Shown here: in pieces, positions 40,059 to 49,274 of the stretch
Layout: each line of letters starts with the position of its first letter
Position numbering within the stretch: the stretch's first letter is position 1
DNA from: a bacterium
GTDB lineage: Bacteria > Bacillota_I > Bacilli_A > Izemoplasmatales > Izemoplasmataceae
Assembly (NCBI GenBank): GCA_018400875.1
Contig: JAGYLV010000001.1
Coordinates: 77,847-141,846 of the forward strand
DNA length: 64,000 bases
Direction of reading: 5' to 3'
Position numbers and translations under genes: made by a program
The notes under the pieces: generated by a model
What the model was told of the DNA's origin: nothing
Databases searched by the model: none
Seen by the model: the letters and a program-made list of their open reading frames with translations, nothing else

Positions 40059-40895
40059 TTATTCCGATTGGTTGGATTCACGAAGTGCTTCAAGTTCCTC
40101 TTTGAACTGCCTAAATTGTTCAACAAGTTGATCTTTTAATTCTTCGCGCGATTCCGGGGGCACTATTTCACCCGCTTCGACCGCCGCGTCGTATTCGGCG
40201 ATGCGTGCTTCGACTAAGGCTTTGATTTCTTCTTTGATTACAGAGGCTTCTTCTTCACGTTCGGCTTTGTAAGCGTCAAAGCGCGATTGGAAATCAGCTT
40301 GTAACTTTTCTGTGAGCACTTCCGGATCGGTTTCTAAGGCCGCTTCAAAGGTGAGTGTCTCATCGTTTCGCATGGCGGCACGAATCAGGATAATTCGACC
40401 GACGGATACATCGTTGGCTTCAGCTTGCTCACGGATGTCTTCGTAGTACTCTGCACCATTTTCAACAGCCGCTTGAATACCACTGGTACTTAAGTGCTCG
40501 GCAATTTTTGCTTGCACTTCGTTTTGGAAGGCTTCGTAACCCGCTTCCGCTTCTTGTGTAATGGTGACAACGACGACATTATCGGTCCGAGTAACATCGA
40601 CGTAGCCGGTTTCAATGGCGGCGTCTAGGAACAATGCTAACGCGTCATCGTAAGTCAACCCAATAAAGGTTAAGTCCGCTGCCACAATTTCGGCATCTTC
40701 ATTCGATAGGACATATCCGGTAATCACGCCGTCTTCATCGAGAGTAAACGTGATGGATGGATTAATGTCCACCGTAATGAAGGTGGAGGCATCTTGAGGA
40801 TCATACGTCGGGGTTTCATTGGATAAAGTAGGTTCTGCACACGCAGCTAAAAAGAAAACCGCTAAAAGTGTGAATGCTAGAAATAGTTTTTTCAT
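40059..40895 (-). CDS. Acidic Glu/Ala-rich lipoprotein, function unknown
   Basis: Signal peptide with lipobox LAAC. The start was chosen at ATG 40895 (MKKLFLAF), which has a GAAGGGA RBS; the longer ORF start at 40913 has none. Confidence 0.6.
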   Translation of the reverse strand: MKKLFLAFTLLAVFFLAACAEPTLSNETPTYDPQDASTFITVDINPSITFTLDEDGVITGYVLSNEDAEIVAADLTFIGLTYDDALALFLDAAIETGYVDVTRTDNVVVVTITQEAEAGYEAFQNEVQAKIAEHLSTSGIQAAVENGAEYYEDIREQAEANDVSVGRIILIRAAMRNDETLTFEAALETDPEVLTEKLQADFQSRFDAYKAEREEEASVIKEEIKALVEARIAEYDAAVEAGEIVPPESREELKDQLVEQFRQFKEELEALRESNQSE

Positions 40896-40980
40896 AAGTA
40901 TCCCTTCTTTCATCTATATTATATGCTTCTAAGTCACAGACTACAAGTAAATAACTTTGAGATTGCTAGATGTTTTACAG

Positions 40981-41009
40981 TTGCAATTATATACCCTATG
41001 GGGTATAAT
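40981..41009 (+). promoter_or_regulatory. Promoter TTGCAA-17-TATAAT with an embedded inverted repeat TATACCC-TATG-GGGTATA (CsoR-family-type operator)
   Basis: -35 at 40981-40986 and -10 at 41004-41009. The 7-bp inverted repeat spans 40990-41007, across the spacer and the -10. It lies directly upstream of the CsoR-family gene. Confidence 0.6.
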
Positions 41010-41040
41010 CACAACGGTTATAAACTATAGGAGAAACAAT

Positions 41041-41292
41041 ATGATATGTGACCAAAATATTAAAAATCGTATTAAGCGCGCGCAAGGCCAAATGAGCGGC
41101 GTTTTAAATATGATGGAAAACGATCTTGCGTGTGAAGATATTATTACGCAACTCAAAGCCATACGGTCGAGTATTGATAAAGCGATTGGCGTGCTGACTG
41201 CGGATAATATTTTACAGGCCTTAAATTTTGAATCGGACCTCGATAAAGAGACGCTTAAAGAAGCCCTCAATTTAGTCATCAAAGGCCGGTAG
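41041..41292 (+). CDS. CsoR/RcnR/FrmR (DUF156) family transcriptional repressor
   Basis: 83 aa with the typical block RIKRAQGQMSGVLNMMENDLACEDIITQLKAIRSSIDKA. The ATG at 41041 follows a TAGGAGA RBS. Confidence 0.8.
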   Translation: MICDQNIKNRIKRAQGQMSGVLNMMENDLACEDIITQLKAIRSSIDKAIGVLTADNILQALNFESDLDKETLKEALNLVIKGR

Positions 41293-41304
41293 AAAGGAGA
41301 CACT

Positions 41305-42273
41305 ATGTTTGATTTTGCTGTTGAGACTCAATCCAAACAATCACTTTTTGAATCGCAAAAACATTTTGATTTTGCGATCATTGGGGGCGGCCCAGCGGGC
41401 ATGAATGCCGCACTATATGCCATCCGTAAAGGATTATCAGTGGCCGTCTTTTCTTTAGAAATAGGCGGACAACTTCACAATACCAGTGAAGTAGACAATT
41501 ATATCGGAATAGAGCATACGACGGGCGGGAAGCTTTCTGAAGCGTTCCACCATCATGTCTTAGAACTCGGTGTACCCATTAAAACTGGACACCTGGTCAC
41601 CAAATTGGAAAAACCCGATGATTTTCACATTACCTTAGATAACAATGAAGTCTACACCGCTAAGACCGTCCTTTATGCAACGGGCGGGGCGCCAAGGAGA
41701 CTCGGCGTTCCGGGTGAAGAAGAATTTGCGAATAAAGGGGTATCTTACTGCACCACCTGTGATGCGCCGTTCTTCAAAAATGAACACGTCATTGTCGCAG
41801 GCGGGGGTAATAGTGCCGCTGAATCCGTGGTTGACCTCGCGGCGTGGGCGTCCAAAATTACCGTGGTTCACCGATCACAGTGGCGCGCCGATCAGATCAT
41901 TCTTGATCAGTTCAAAAATATCGAGGGCCTGGAAATCAATTTAGAGACGCAAATTCTAGAAATTTTCGGAGATACGAAAATGCGCGGGGTTAGAGTCTTA
42001 GATAAACCGTCCGGTAAAGAACGGGTCATTGAGGCCGATGGTATGTTTGTGGAAATCGGTAATATCCCCAAAAGTGACTTGCTCAAAGGTCTTGTGGACT
42101 TAAATGAACAAGGTGAAGTGATTGTATCACGCGATCAAGAAACATCACTCCCTGGCCTCTATGCGGCGGGTGATGTCACCACACAACCATACAAACAAAT
42201 CATCATTTCTGCCTCGGAAGGCGCCGTTGCGGCGCTGGCAGCCACCCAATATTTAATGCATCATAAAAATTAA
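41305..42273 (+). CDS. Thioredoxin reductase / AhpF C-terminal-like flavoprotein disulfide reductase
   Basis: 322 aa with GGGPAG (FAD), redox-active CTTCDAPFF and GGGNSAAE (NAD(P)H). Confidence 0.8.
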   Translation: MFDFAVETQSKQSLFESQKHFDFAIIGGGPAGMNAALYAIRKGLSVAVFSLEIGGQLHNTSEVDNYIGIEHTTGGKLSEAFHHHVLELGVPIKTGHLVTKLEKPDDFHITLDNNEVYTAKTVLYATGGAPRRLGVPGEEEFANKGVSYCTTCDAPFFKNEHVIVAGGGNSAAESVVDLAAWASKITVVHRSQWRADQIILDQFKNIEGLEINLETQILEIFGDTKMRGVRVLDKPSGKERVIEADGMFVEIGNIPKSDLLKGLVDLNEQGEVIVSRDQETSLPGLYAAGDVTTQPYKQIIISASEGAVAALAATQYLMHHKN

Positions 42274-42283
42274 GGAGATAAAC

Positions 42284-42928
42284 ATGGAAAAATTATTGAA
42301 TGAAGAAGTTACCAAACAAGTTAAAGAATATTTAAACCCGATGAAAGAATCGGTTACGATGGTTCTTTTCACCCAAGAAGGGGCGTGTAATACGTGCCAA
42401 GAAACGCGTCAGCTCTTAAGTGAAGTGGCCGCCTTAACCGACAAACTCACCCTAGTCGAAAAAGATCTAAATAAAGACGCAGCTCTTGCCGAAGAATACG
42501 GCGTGACCATGACCCCAAGTTTTGTCATGCTTGACAAAAAAGACACCTACAAAGGCGTCAAATTTAACGGCATCCCTGCCGGGCATGAAATCAATTCATT
42601 CTTATCGGCCCTGATGGATATGTCCGGCATTGATTTTGGCTTAGCTGAAACCATCGGCTCCCGTTTAGATAAACTGGATAAACCCGTTAATATTAAAGTC
42701 TTTGTGACATTATCGTGCCCCCACTGCCCCGGGGCGGTATCCAATGCACACCGTTTAGCAATGAGTCATCCACACATTGAAAGTGAAATGATCGAAGCGC
42801 AAACCTTTGGCGAACTTTCCCAAAAATTCAATGTATCCGGCGTCCCAAAAATCATCATCAACGATGAACACGAACTCGTCGGCAATCAACCCATCCAAGA
42901 GTACTTAAAAACCATCGAAGCCTTATAA
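42284..42928 (+). CDS. Glutaredoxin-like / protein disulfide oxidoreductase (PDO, AhpF N-terminal-like; two thioredoxin folds)
   Basis: 214 aa with CNTC in fold 1 and CPHCP in fold 2. The block FNGIPAGHEINSFLSAL resembles PDO/AhpF-N. Confidence 0.7.
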   Translation: MEKLLNEEVTKQVKEYLNPMKESVTMVLFTQEGACNTCQETRQLLSEVAALTDKLTLVEKDLNKDAALAEEYGVTMTPSFVMLDKKDTYKGVKFNGIPAGHEINSFLSALMDMSGIDFGLAETIGSRLDKLDKPVNIKVFVTLSCPHCPGAVSNAHRLAMSHPHIESEMIEAQTFGELSQKFNVSGVPKIIINDEHELVGNQPIQEYLKTIEAL

Positions 42929-42934
42929 ATGTGA

Positions 42935-42964
42935 AAAGCCACCCATTGCGGTGGCTTTTTTTTG
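42935..42964 (+). terminator. Intrinsic terminator after the redox operon
   Basis: Stem aagccacc/ggtggctt followed by T9. Confidence 0.8.
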
Positions 42965-42996
42965 GCCAAAAAAAAGACACCCTCAGGTATCTAAAT

Positions 42997-43083
42997 TGGT
43001 GCGAATGGGGGGAGTTGAACCCCCACAGCCTTGCGGCCACATGGCCCTCAACCATGCGCGTCTACCAGTTCCGCCACACTCGC
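42997..43083 (-). tRNA. tRNA-Leu (anticodon GAG), CCA encoded
   Basis: Manual fold: acceptor GCGAGTG/CATTCGC, anticodon loop TTGAGGG, long variable arm, T-loop GGTTCAACTCC. Confidence 0.85.
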
Positions 43084-43086
43084 AGG

Positions 43087-43161
43087 TGGTGGAGAATGAC
43101 GGATTCGAACCATCGACCCCTTGCACGTCAAGCAAGTGCTCTCCCACTGAGCTAATCCTCC
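43087..43161 (-). tRNA. tRNA-Val (anticodon GAC), CCA encoded
   Basis: Manual fold: GGAGGATTAGCTCAGTGGGAGAGC, anticodon loop TTGACGT, T-loop GGTTCGAATCC. Confidence 0.85.
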
Positions 43162-43176
43162 ACAGCTGCAAAAAAC

Positions 43177-43205
43177 ATTGTATCTTAAGGCCTTCTGCAT
43201 GTCAA
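43177..43205 (-). promoter_or_regulatory. Promoter TTGACA-17-TACAAT for the tRNA-Val/tRNA-Leu pair
   Basis: -35 is plus-strand tgtcaa at 43200-43205; -10 is plus-strand attgta at 43177-43182; the spacer is 17 nt. Confidence 0.7.
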
Positions 43206-43221
43206 GATAAAACGGGCCTTT

Positions 43222-44577
43222 TTACTCGGGATTTGTCGCTTGTTTAAAGCGGAAAAGCGTGTATGGAACCAAGATGAATACGGCACTCCAATTGACGATG
43301 ACAATGCCCCACCAAACCCCGGAGACTCCGTACCCTAATACCCCGCCCAATAGATAAAAGATGGCCGCTGGGAAAATCTGGCGGTACACCCCGATAACCA
43401 CGGAAAAACCTGGGCGTTTAATTGCTTGTAAGGTGGAGACGGAAATATTTAAAAAGATATACGACGTAAATCCAACCGTGGCGATCCGCAAGTAACTCAC
43501 ACCGATCTCAATCACGCTGGTATCGTCGATAAAAAGAGGCATTAAGATGGGGGCCATAATAAAGATAATAACCATGGATGTTCCCATGATGACGAGGCCA
43601 ATAATGCCCGTTTTTTTAATCGTTTCTCGCATCCGGTCATAGGCTTTAGCCCCATAGTTTTGGGCGACAATCGAGAGCGCTGCGATGTTGAGGCCGATGG
43701 TGGGTAAAAAGAGCAGTTGTTCAATCCTTAACGCTGCGCCATACGCAGCCACCGCCGCATCGCCGCCATATAGCACAGCAAAATAATTGATCACAAAGAC
43801 CCCTAAAGCGATGGTCGCGTTGGAAAGCGACACGGGGATGGCTTGTTGGGTGATTAAGCCTTGAAAACGCCAAGAGAGCTTGGCGGCTTTGAACTTGGCC
43901 CATTCGAAATAGTCGGATTTCAACAACTGAGTAAATAAATAGACGGTACCCGTGGCTTGGACGATCACCGTCGCCAAGGCGACTCCAAGGGTGGAAAGTT
44001 CAGGCAGGCCAAACCAGCCAAAAATAAATAATGGATTTAATAGGATATTTAAAAAGAATCCTAAGATTAAGAAATTGCGGAAGGGTTTCGTGTTGCCTTC
44101 AGCACTCAAGATACCGTTCATCAGATAATTAAACGCAAAGAAAATGGCCCCCAAATAAATCGTTTGGGTGTATTGAATGCCTAAGCGCAAGGTTTCATCG
44201 GTTGCGCCCATGAAGGCAAATAAATAAGGGATAAGGAAAATCCCCGCCGTGGCGAAAAAAATCGATAAGCCTAAGGTTAATACCCAGCCATTTTTGATGA
44301 TGTCATGATATTCATCAAACTTCTTCTTCCCGATGTCATGCGCCGAAAGGGCGGTCATCGCTTGGGAAACTCCACTGGTCAGGGCGATAACCATGAAAAA
44401 AATGGGAAAAGAAAGGGATAAACCGGCCAACGCTTCCCTGGATAATTGGCCGACATAAAGCGTATCCACAACATTAAAAAGGGTGTTAAATAAAAAACCG
44501 ACCGAAGCCGGGATGGCAATGACTTTGATGTGACTGAGGATGTTGCCTTGGGTTAAATCTCGTGAGTTTTTTTGCAT
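43222..44577 (-). CDS. MATE family efflux transporter
   Basis: 451 aa, 12 TM helices, with a typical MATE N-terminus (LTQGNILSHIKVIAIPASVGFLFNTLFNVVDTLYVG). Confidence 0.85.
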   Translation of the reverse strand: MQKNSRDLTQGNILSHIKVIAIPASVGFLFNTLFNVVDTLYVGQLSREALAGLSLSFPIFFMVIALTSGVSQAMTALSAHDIGKKKFDEYHDIIKNGWVLTLGLSIFFATAGIFLIPYLFAFMGATDETLRLGIQYTQTIYLGAIFFAFNYLMNGILSAEGNTKPFRNFLILGFFLNILLNPLFIFGWFGLPELSTLGVALATVIVQATGTVYLFTQLLKSDYFEWAKFKAAKLSWRFQGLITQQAIPVSLSNATIALGVFVINYFAVLYGGDAAVAAYGAALRIEQLLFLPTIGLNIAALSIVAQNYGAKAYDRMRETIKKTGIIGLVIMGTSMVIIFIMAPILMPLFIDDTSVIEIGVSYLRIATVGFTSYIFLNISVSTLQAIKRPGFSVVIGVYRQIFPAAIFYLLGGVLGYGVSGVWWGIVIVNWSAVFILVPYTLFRFKQATNPE

Positions 44578-44620
44578 ACGGTCAGTGTATCACCTCTTTG
44601 GGATATGATGCGTGTTAATG

Positions 44621-45331
44621 CTAATCATTCATGTAAATATCAATCAAATCTTCCGGGCTTAATATCCCGAGCATCGTTTCACTCGGTTTTCCGTTTTCCG
44701 TGACAATGACGAGTTCAAGACGCTTATCATCCGTCGTTAAAAATGCAGAAAACCGATCCGCAATATCATCTAAGGTAGCGTGCCGGCTGACAAAGGTGTA
44801 TTGATGAGTCGGGTGATTGGTGAGGTATAAATAATCTTGAAAATCTTTCAGTGGAGAATCCAACGTCACAGTTAAAGTCTTCAAATCCAACAAAGCGTAA
44901 AATAAAGTACTTTCATTGAACATACCGACACACCGGTCATTTTGAATAACGGGTAAATTTTGAAACCCATTTTTTTGCATAACCCTGGAGGCTTTTTCTA
45001 AAGAATCTTCAAGATAAAGTTTTTCGACATTTTGATAAGGCGTCATTTGATGTTCGGCTTTTAAAGGGTTTAAGATACGACTTGCAACTTTGGCAAAATG
45101 GGCCGCAAAATCTTGTGAAATAACGGCCACGTCTTCTTTGTGGGATAGTAAATTACGGAGTTGAGCCGCATTTTCTAAGATGCGTTGATGATACGAAGAT
45201 TTAAACACACGGCGGTGCGACCGGTAAACCATCTCATTAAAAGAGACATGATCGCGTTCCGATAGCTTGAGTTCAATCCTGAGGGAAAGTTCGAGTTTTT
45301 TAAACGTGTCTAAAAAAGCGTCATTGGTCAT
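44621..45331 (-). CDS. CBS-pair protein with an N-terminal HEPN-like (Rx4H) helical domain
   Basis: 236 aa. The N-terminal ~95 aa are helical and contain LRNLLSH. The C-terminal part is a tandem CBS pair (LPVIQNDRCVGMF..., VIVTENGKPSETMLGILS). Confidence 0.55.
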   Translation of the reverse strand: MTNDAFLDTFKKLELSLRIELKLSERDHVSFNEMVYRSHRRVFKSSYHQRILENAAQLRNLLSHKEDVAVISQDFAAHFAKVASRILNPLKAEHQMTPYQNVEKLYLEDSLEKASRVMQKNGFQNLPVIQNDRCVGMFNESTLFYALLDLKTLTVTLDSPLKDFQDYLYLTNHPTHQYTFVSRHATLDDIADRFSAFLTTDDKRLELVIVTENGKPSETMLGILSPEDLIDIYMND

Positions 45332-45350
45332 AAGAACTCCTTAAATGAAG

Positions 45351-45424
45351 CGTTCCGGGAGGGATTCGAACCCCCGACCTGCAGCTTAGGAAGCCGTTGC
45401 TCTATCCTACTGAGCTACCGGAAC
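45351..45424 (-). tRNA. tRNA-Arg (anticodon CCT), no encoded CCA
   Basis: Manual fold: acceptor GTTCCGG/CCGGAAC, anticodon loop TTCCTAA, T-loop GGTTCGAATCC. A TATAAT at 45433-45438 lies 8 nt upstream. Confidence 0.8.
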
Positions 45425-45557
45425 GTGCGTATATTATAAAACGTTATCAAGCATTCGGCAAAACTCTAAAGCTTTTAAATTGTTATGTAAGCGTTTTTAT
45501 GCTATGGTGAATGTGACATCAAGATTCTCATAAATAAACCTTAGGAGGTAAATAAAT

Positions 45558-46322
45558 ATGGGAAGAATTGAAGGAAAAGTAGCCATCATTACTGGTGGAG
45601 CTGGGGGAATCGGTATCGTTACTGCCCAGCGGTTTTTAGATGAAGGCGCGAAAGTCGCCCTTGTAGACATCTCACAAAAAGCGCTCGATGATGCAGTAAA
45701 AGAACTCGGTGCGCCCGACAAAGTCATAGCGATTCAAGCCGATGTATCTAATGAGGCTGACGTCAAAAAATATGTTCAAGAAACCGTCAAAGCCTTTGGC
45801 AAAGTGGACATATTCTTTAACAATGCCGGCATTGAAGGAAAATCAGCCCCCCTCACCGATGTAGCCCAAGAAGATTTTGATAAGCTTATTGGTATTAACG
45901 TGCGCGGAGTATGGCTTGGCATTAAACATGTGGTCCCCGAAATGATGAAAAACAAATCTGGGTCCATTATCAACACATCCAGTGTTGCAGGACTCACAGG
46001 ATCTGCAGGCTTAGGCCCTTATGTAACGAGCAAACATGCAGTGATTGGATTAACGCGCGTGGCAGCACTTGAATACGCGCCTTATATCCGAGTGAATTCC
46101 ATCCATCCGGGGCCGATTCACACTCGAATGATGAGATCCATTGAAGGGCAGTTTAGTCCCGATGATCCTGAAGCAGTGATGAAAGGATACGAACAAACCA
46201 TTCCGCTGAAACGCTATGGTGAGCCCATTGAAATTGCTAACTTAGTGCTCTTCTTAGCCAGCGATGAGTCCAGTTACTCCACAGGAAAACAATTTGTTGC
46301 AGACGGCGGCTTTATCAATTAA
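45558..46322 (+). CDS. Short-chain dehydrogenase/reductase (classical SDR)
   Basis: 254 aa with [12 protein letters not shown] and a YxxxK catalytic motif (YVTSKHA). An AGGAGG RBS is present. Confidence 0.85.
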   Translation: MGRIEGKVAIITGGAGGIGIVTAQRFLDEGAKVALVDISQKALDDAVKELGAPDKVIAIQADVSNEADVKKYVQETVKAFGKVDIFFNNAGIEGKSAPLTDVAQEDFDKLIGINVRGVWLGIKHVVPEMMKNKSGSIINTSSVAGLTGSAGLGPYVTSKHAVIGLTRVAALEYAPYIRVNSIHPGPIHTRMMRSIEGQFSPDDPEAVMKGYEQTIPLKRYGEPIEIANLVLFLASDESSYSTGKQFVADGGFIN

Positions 46323-46330
46323 TCACACTA

Positions 46331-46368
46331 AAAAGCGATGACCCAGTCTTTGGGCCATCGCTTTTTTC
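46331..46368 (+). terminator. Intrinsic terminator after the SDR gene
   Basis: Stem gcgatgaccca/tgggccatcgc (one mismatch) followed by T6. Confidence 0.7.
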
Positions 46369-46401
46369 GTTTATATAATTGAAATTATGATTTGGTGTAC
46401 T

Positions 46402-46475
46402 TGGAGCGATAGAGGGGAATCGAACCCCCGTCTTCACCGTGGGAGGGTGACGTTCTACCATTGAACCACTACCGC
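46402..46475 (-). tRNA. tRNA-Gly (anticodon CCC), CCA encoded
   Basis: Manual fold: GCGGTAGTGGTTCAATGGTAGAAC, anticodon loop CTCCCAC, T-loop GGTTCGATTCC. Confidence 0.8.
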
Positions 46476-46482
46476 ATAATGA

Positions 46483-46559
<77 letters not shown>

Positions 46560-46571
46560 ACAAGCTTTAAT

Positions 46572-46600
46572 ATTATAGACCAACTTGGCCTTCAAGTAAA
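46572..46600 (-). promoter_or_regulatory. Candidate promoter TTTACT-17-TATAAT for tRNA-Arg(TCT)/tRNA-Gly
   Basis: -10 is plus-strand attata at 46572-46577; -35 is plus-strand agtaaa at 46595-46600. Confidence 0.5.
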
Positions 46601-46611
46601 CACACGCATAA

Positions 46612-46637
46612 AAAAAACCTAGGATATTCCTAGGTTA
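46612..46637 (-). terminator. Intrinsic terminator overlapping the end of the Fur-family gene
   Basis: Stem aacctagg/cctaggtt followed by T8 on the minus strand. Confidence 0.7.
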
Positions 46638-47106
46638 AGTGGGCCACGTGGCAAGCGCTTGTGATTTTGCATGATTTCGGGTCGTAATTGGGGCATTCCC
46701 CTTCGACCACGATTTGCATCTTAGAAATGTTAAAGCCTTTAAATATCTCGTGATTTTTAATCATTTCAAATAAGTCTTTGTCATCGATTTCTACGATCTT
46801 ATTGTTCACTGAACATGACAAATGGATGTGTTGGTCCGCGGAGTGATGGCTTTTTTCACCCGCGACCAAGTCATAATGTTTTTTCCCCTTGATGTAAACT
46901 TCCGCGATGACTTTTTGCTCCATCAAAACATCGAGATTGTTGTAAATCGTCCCTAAGTTTTTATAGCCTTTTTCTTTCATGGCTAAGTGCAGTTCATAAA
47001 GCGTTAAGTGGTTTCCATTTAACGCATCAATGATCGCCCGGCGTTGCTGGGTGACCCGAATATTTTTATCCCGCAAGCGGTTGTAAAGTTCTTCAATGGG
47101 TTTCAT
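46630..47106 (-). CDS. Fur family transcriptional regulator (Fur/PerR/Zur; subtype not resolved)
   Basis: 158 aa with a winged-helix N-domain (RVTQQRRAIIDAL), HHxxxxH-type metal ligands and C-terminal cysteines. Confidence 0.75.
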   Translation of the reverse strand: MKPIEELYNRLRDKNIRVTQQRRAIIDALNGNHLTLYELHLAMKEKGYKNLGTIYNNLDVLMEQKVIAEVYIKGKKHYDLVAGEKSHHSADQHIHLSCSVNNKIVEIDDKDLFEMIKNHEIFKGFNISKMQIVVEGECPNYDPKSCKITSACHVAHLT

Positions 47107-47183
47107 ATTATCACCTAAGGCTAGTTTAACATTTTTCTAAATAAGAAAAAAGGAATTCGTAATACAACTTTTTAAAAGGGGTT

Positions 47184-47208
47184 TAAAAAAGCGCTTTATT
47201 GAGCGCTT
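47184..47208 (-). terminator. Intrinsic terminator overlapping the coaD stop
   Basis: Stem agcgct/agcgct around the stop codon, followed by T6 on the minus strand. Confidence 0.6.
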
Positions 47209-47684
47209 TTTTTTGTTTTTTCTAACATTTTTTCAGCCGCATAGGGGGGTAAAAAGGCCGAAATATCCCCGCCAAACCGGGCGATCTCTTTGACGGCTGA
47301 AGAGCTTAAGAAGGCGTGTTGGTTATCGGTCATGAAAAAAATCGTATCAATGGATTTATCTAACACACGGTTCGCGTTGGTCATTTGGAATTCGTAATCA
47401 AAATCGGTGAGGGCCCGTAAGCCTCTGACAATGTGGGTGGCGTTCATTTCTTTGGCTTTTTGAACGGTCAAGACTCGGTTTTCAATGATTTCAATTTGGG
47501 GGTATTCTTTTAAGACTTCTTCTAAAATATCTTGGCGCTCTTTAGCGGTAAAAAGCGTCTTTTTTTCAGGATTCACACTGATGACAACATAAAGTTTATC
47601 AAAGATTTTCAAGGCGCGTTCAATGATATCTAAATGGCCATTGGTAATCGGGTCAAAGCTCCCGGGATAAAGGGCAATTTTCAT
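47196..47684 (-). CDS. coaD: Phosphopantetheine adenylyltransferase
   Basis: 162 aa with YPGSFDPITNGHLDI. Confidence 0.92.
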   Translation of the reverse strand: MKIALYPGSFDPITNGHLDIIERALKIFDKLYVVISVNPEKKTLFTAKERQDILEEVLKEYPQIEIIENRVLTVQKAKEMNATHIVRGLRALTDFDYEFQMTNANRVLDKSIDTIFFMTDNQHAFLSSSAVKEIARFGGDISAFLPPYAAEKMLEKTKKSAQ

Positions 47685-48214
47685 CGTAACTCCTTCAGGT
47701 GCGATATGAATGTGCGGCCAAGCTTGCGACTGGATACTACGTCAAAATCAGGCGCATTAAAAGGCGTTTCATGTAAACATACAATACGCGTATGGTCGGT
47801 GTATAACCCATGTTTTTTGATTGCCTTTAAAAACGGTTCGAGCAAAGCGGCTTTATAAGGCGGATCACACACAATGAGATCATATGGATCTTGCTTGGTT
47901 TGAACAAACGCAAAGACATCCATATGAATGGCTTTGATCGGCATTTTCAGTGCGTTGATGTTACGGGTGAGTAACTGAAAGGCCGCCCGGTCTTGTTCAA
48001 CCGCATCCACCCATTGAGCCCCCCTAGAGATCGCTTCAAAGGATAAACTGCCAATGCCCGCAAAGGCATCTAGGACACGCTCATAATGAAAGGGTTCAAG
48101 TTGGTTGAAAAGCGATTCTTTCACCCGGTCTTTGACGGGTCTGGTTTGCGGCAAATCACCGGTTTCAAATTGCAAACGGCGGTGCGTGCCCGCAATAATC
48201 CGGGCTTTAGGCAT
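47681..48214 (-). CDS. rsmD: 16S rRNA (guanine966-N2)-methyltransferase
   Basis: DPPY motif (VCDPPYK) and an RsmD-type N-terminus (RIIAGTHRR). The start was chosen at ATG 48214. Confidence 0.8.
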   Translation of the reverse strand: MPKARIIAGTHRRLQFETGDLPQTRPVKDRVKESLFNQLEPFHYERVLDAFAGIGSLSFEAISRGAQWVDAVEQDRAAFQLLTRNINALKMPIKAIHMDVFAFVQTKQDPYDLIVCDPPYKAALLEPFLKAIKKHGLYTDHTRIVCLHETPFNAPDFDVVSSRKLGRTFISHLKELR

Positions 48215-49274
48215 CGTAAGTGATCGCTTCAACCGCTTTCGCATCCAAAGCATCGATCACGGCAATGAGCAATTTCACCAAATGGGTATAATCGTCTTCG
48301 TGAATCATTGAGGTGTGCGAATGAAGATATCTTACGGGTAAACAAAAGGCGATGCTTGGAGCGCCGTTTTTCGCTAAATGCATTTGTCCACCGTCGGTCC
48401 CACCACGCGTAAGTGATGTGAGTTGAACGGGGATATCTTGAGTTTTGGCGATCTCTAACACAAAATCTCTTAACCCTTTATGCCCAATCATCGATGAATC
48501 GCGAATCATAATGGCCGGGCCTTTGCCCAGCTGTGTCTCTTTGGAACCACCGGGAAAATCATGGGAAATCGTCGTATCCACGGCAATCCCAATGTCGGGA
48601 GCGACTTGATAGGCGCTGGTTCTGGCGCCTCTGAGTCCAACTTCTTCTTGCACGGTGGCGACGCCATAAAGTTCATTGGGATGATCGTTTTTGGCATAAT
48701 GAGCCATCACATCTAAGACGGCCGCACATCCGACGCGGTTGTCGAAAGCTTTGCCTAAATAATATTTTTCATCGGATAACACAGTGGTTTCAATGTAAGG
48801 AGTCATCATGTCGCCGACATTAACCCCAAACGAAAGCGCCGTTTCTTTGTCTTTCGCACCGATATCTAAAAACATATCGTCCATATCCACCGGTTTTTTG
48901 CGTTCTTCAGGGGTGAGAATATGCGGCGCTTTCGCGCCAATCGCACCGCGCACTTTTTTCCCTTTTTGGGTGGTGATATTAAACTGTTGAGCCAGCATCA
49001 CTTGCGACCACCAGCCCCCAGCGGGCGTAAATTTCACGTAGCCTTCATCGGTGATGCGGGTCACGATGAAACCGACTTCGTCCATGTGACCGGCCATCAT
49101 AACTTTTGGACCTTGATCGCCATGTTTAGAAATGAACGAACCGAGCCGGTCGGTGGAGATTTCGGCTTGACCGTCTAAGGTAGCTTTCATGTAATCGCGG
49201 ACTTCTTTTTCGAAGGACGGGATTGCGTTGAGCATGGTCAGTGCTTTTAAGTGTTTATGCATTTGATTCCTCAC
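48207..49274 (-). CDS. M42 family aminopeptidase (YsdC/PepA/FrvX-like)
   Basis: 355 aa with HMDEVGF, FDNRVGC and QEEVGLRGA motifs. Confidence 0.85.
   Translation of the reverse strand: MRNQMHKHLKALTMLNAIPSFEKEVRDYMKATLDGQAEISTDRLGSFISKHGDQGPKVMMAGHMDEVGFIVTRITDEGYVKFTPAGGWWSQVMLAQQFNITTQKGKKVRGAIGAKAPHILTPEERKKPVDMDDMFLDIGAKDKETALSFGVNVGDMMTPYIETTVLSDEKYYLGKAFDNRVGCAAVLDVMAHYAKNDHPNELYGVATVQEEVGLRGARTSAYQVAPDIGIAVDTTISHDFPGGSKETQLGKGPAIMIRDSSMIGHKGLRDFVLEIAKTQDIPVQLTSLTRGGTDGGQMHLAKNGAPSIAFCLPVRYLHSHTSMIHEDDYTHLVKLLIAVIDALDAKAVEAITYDA

Noticed and set aside
42931-43247. Small ORFs (62-98 aa) on both strands across 42931-43247.
   Set aside because: They overlap the tRNA-Leu and tRNA-Val genes and their promoter, so they are spurious.
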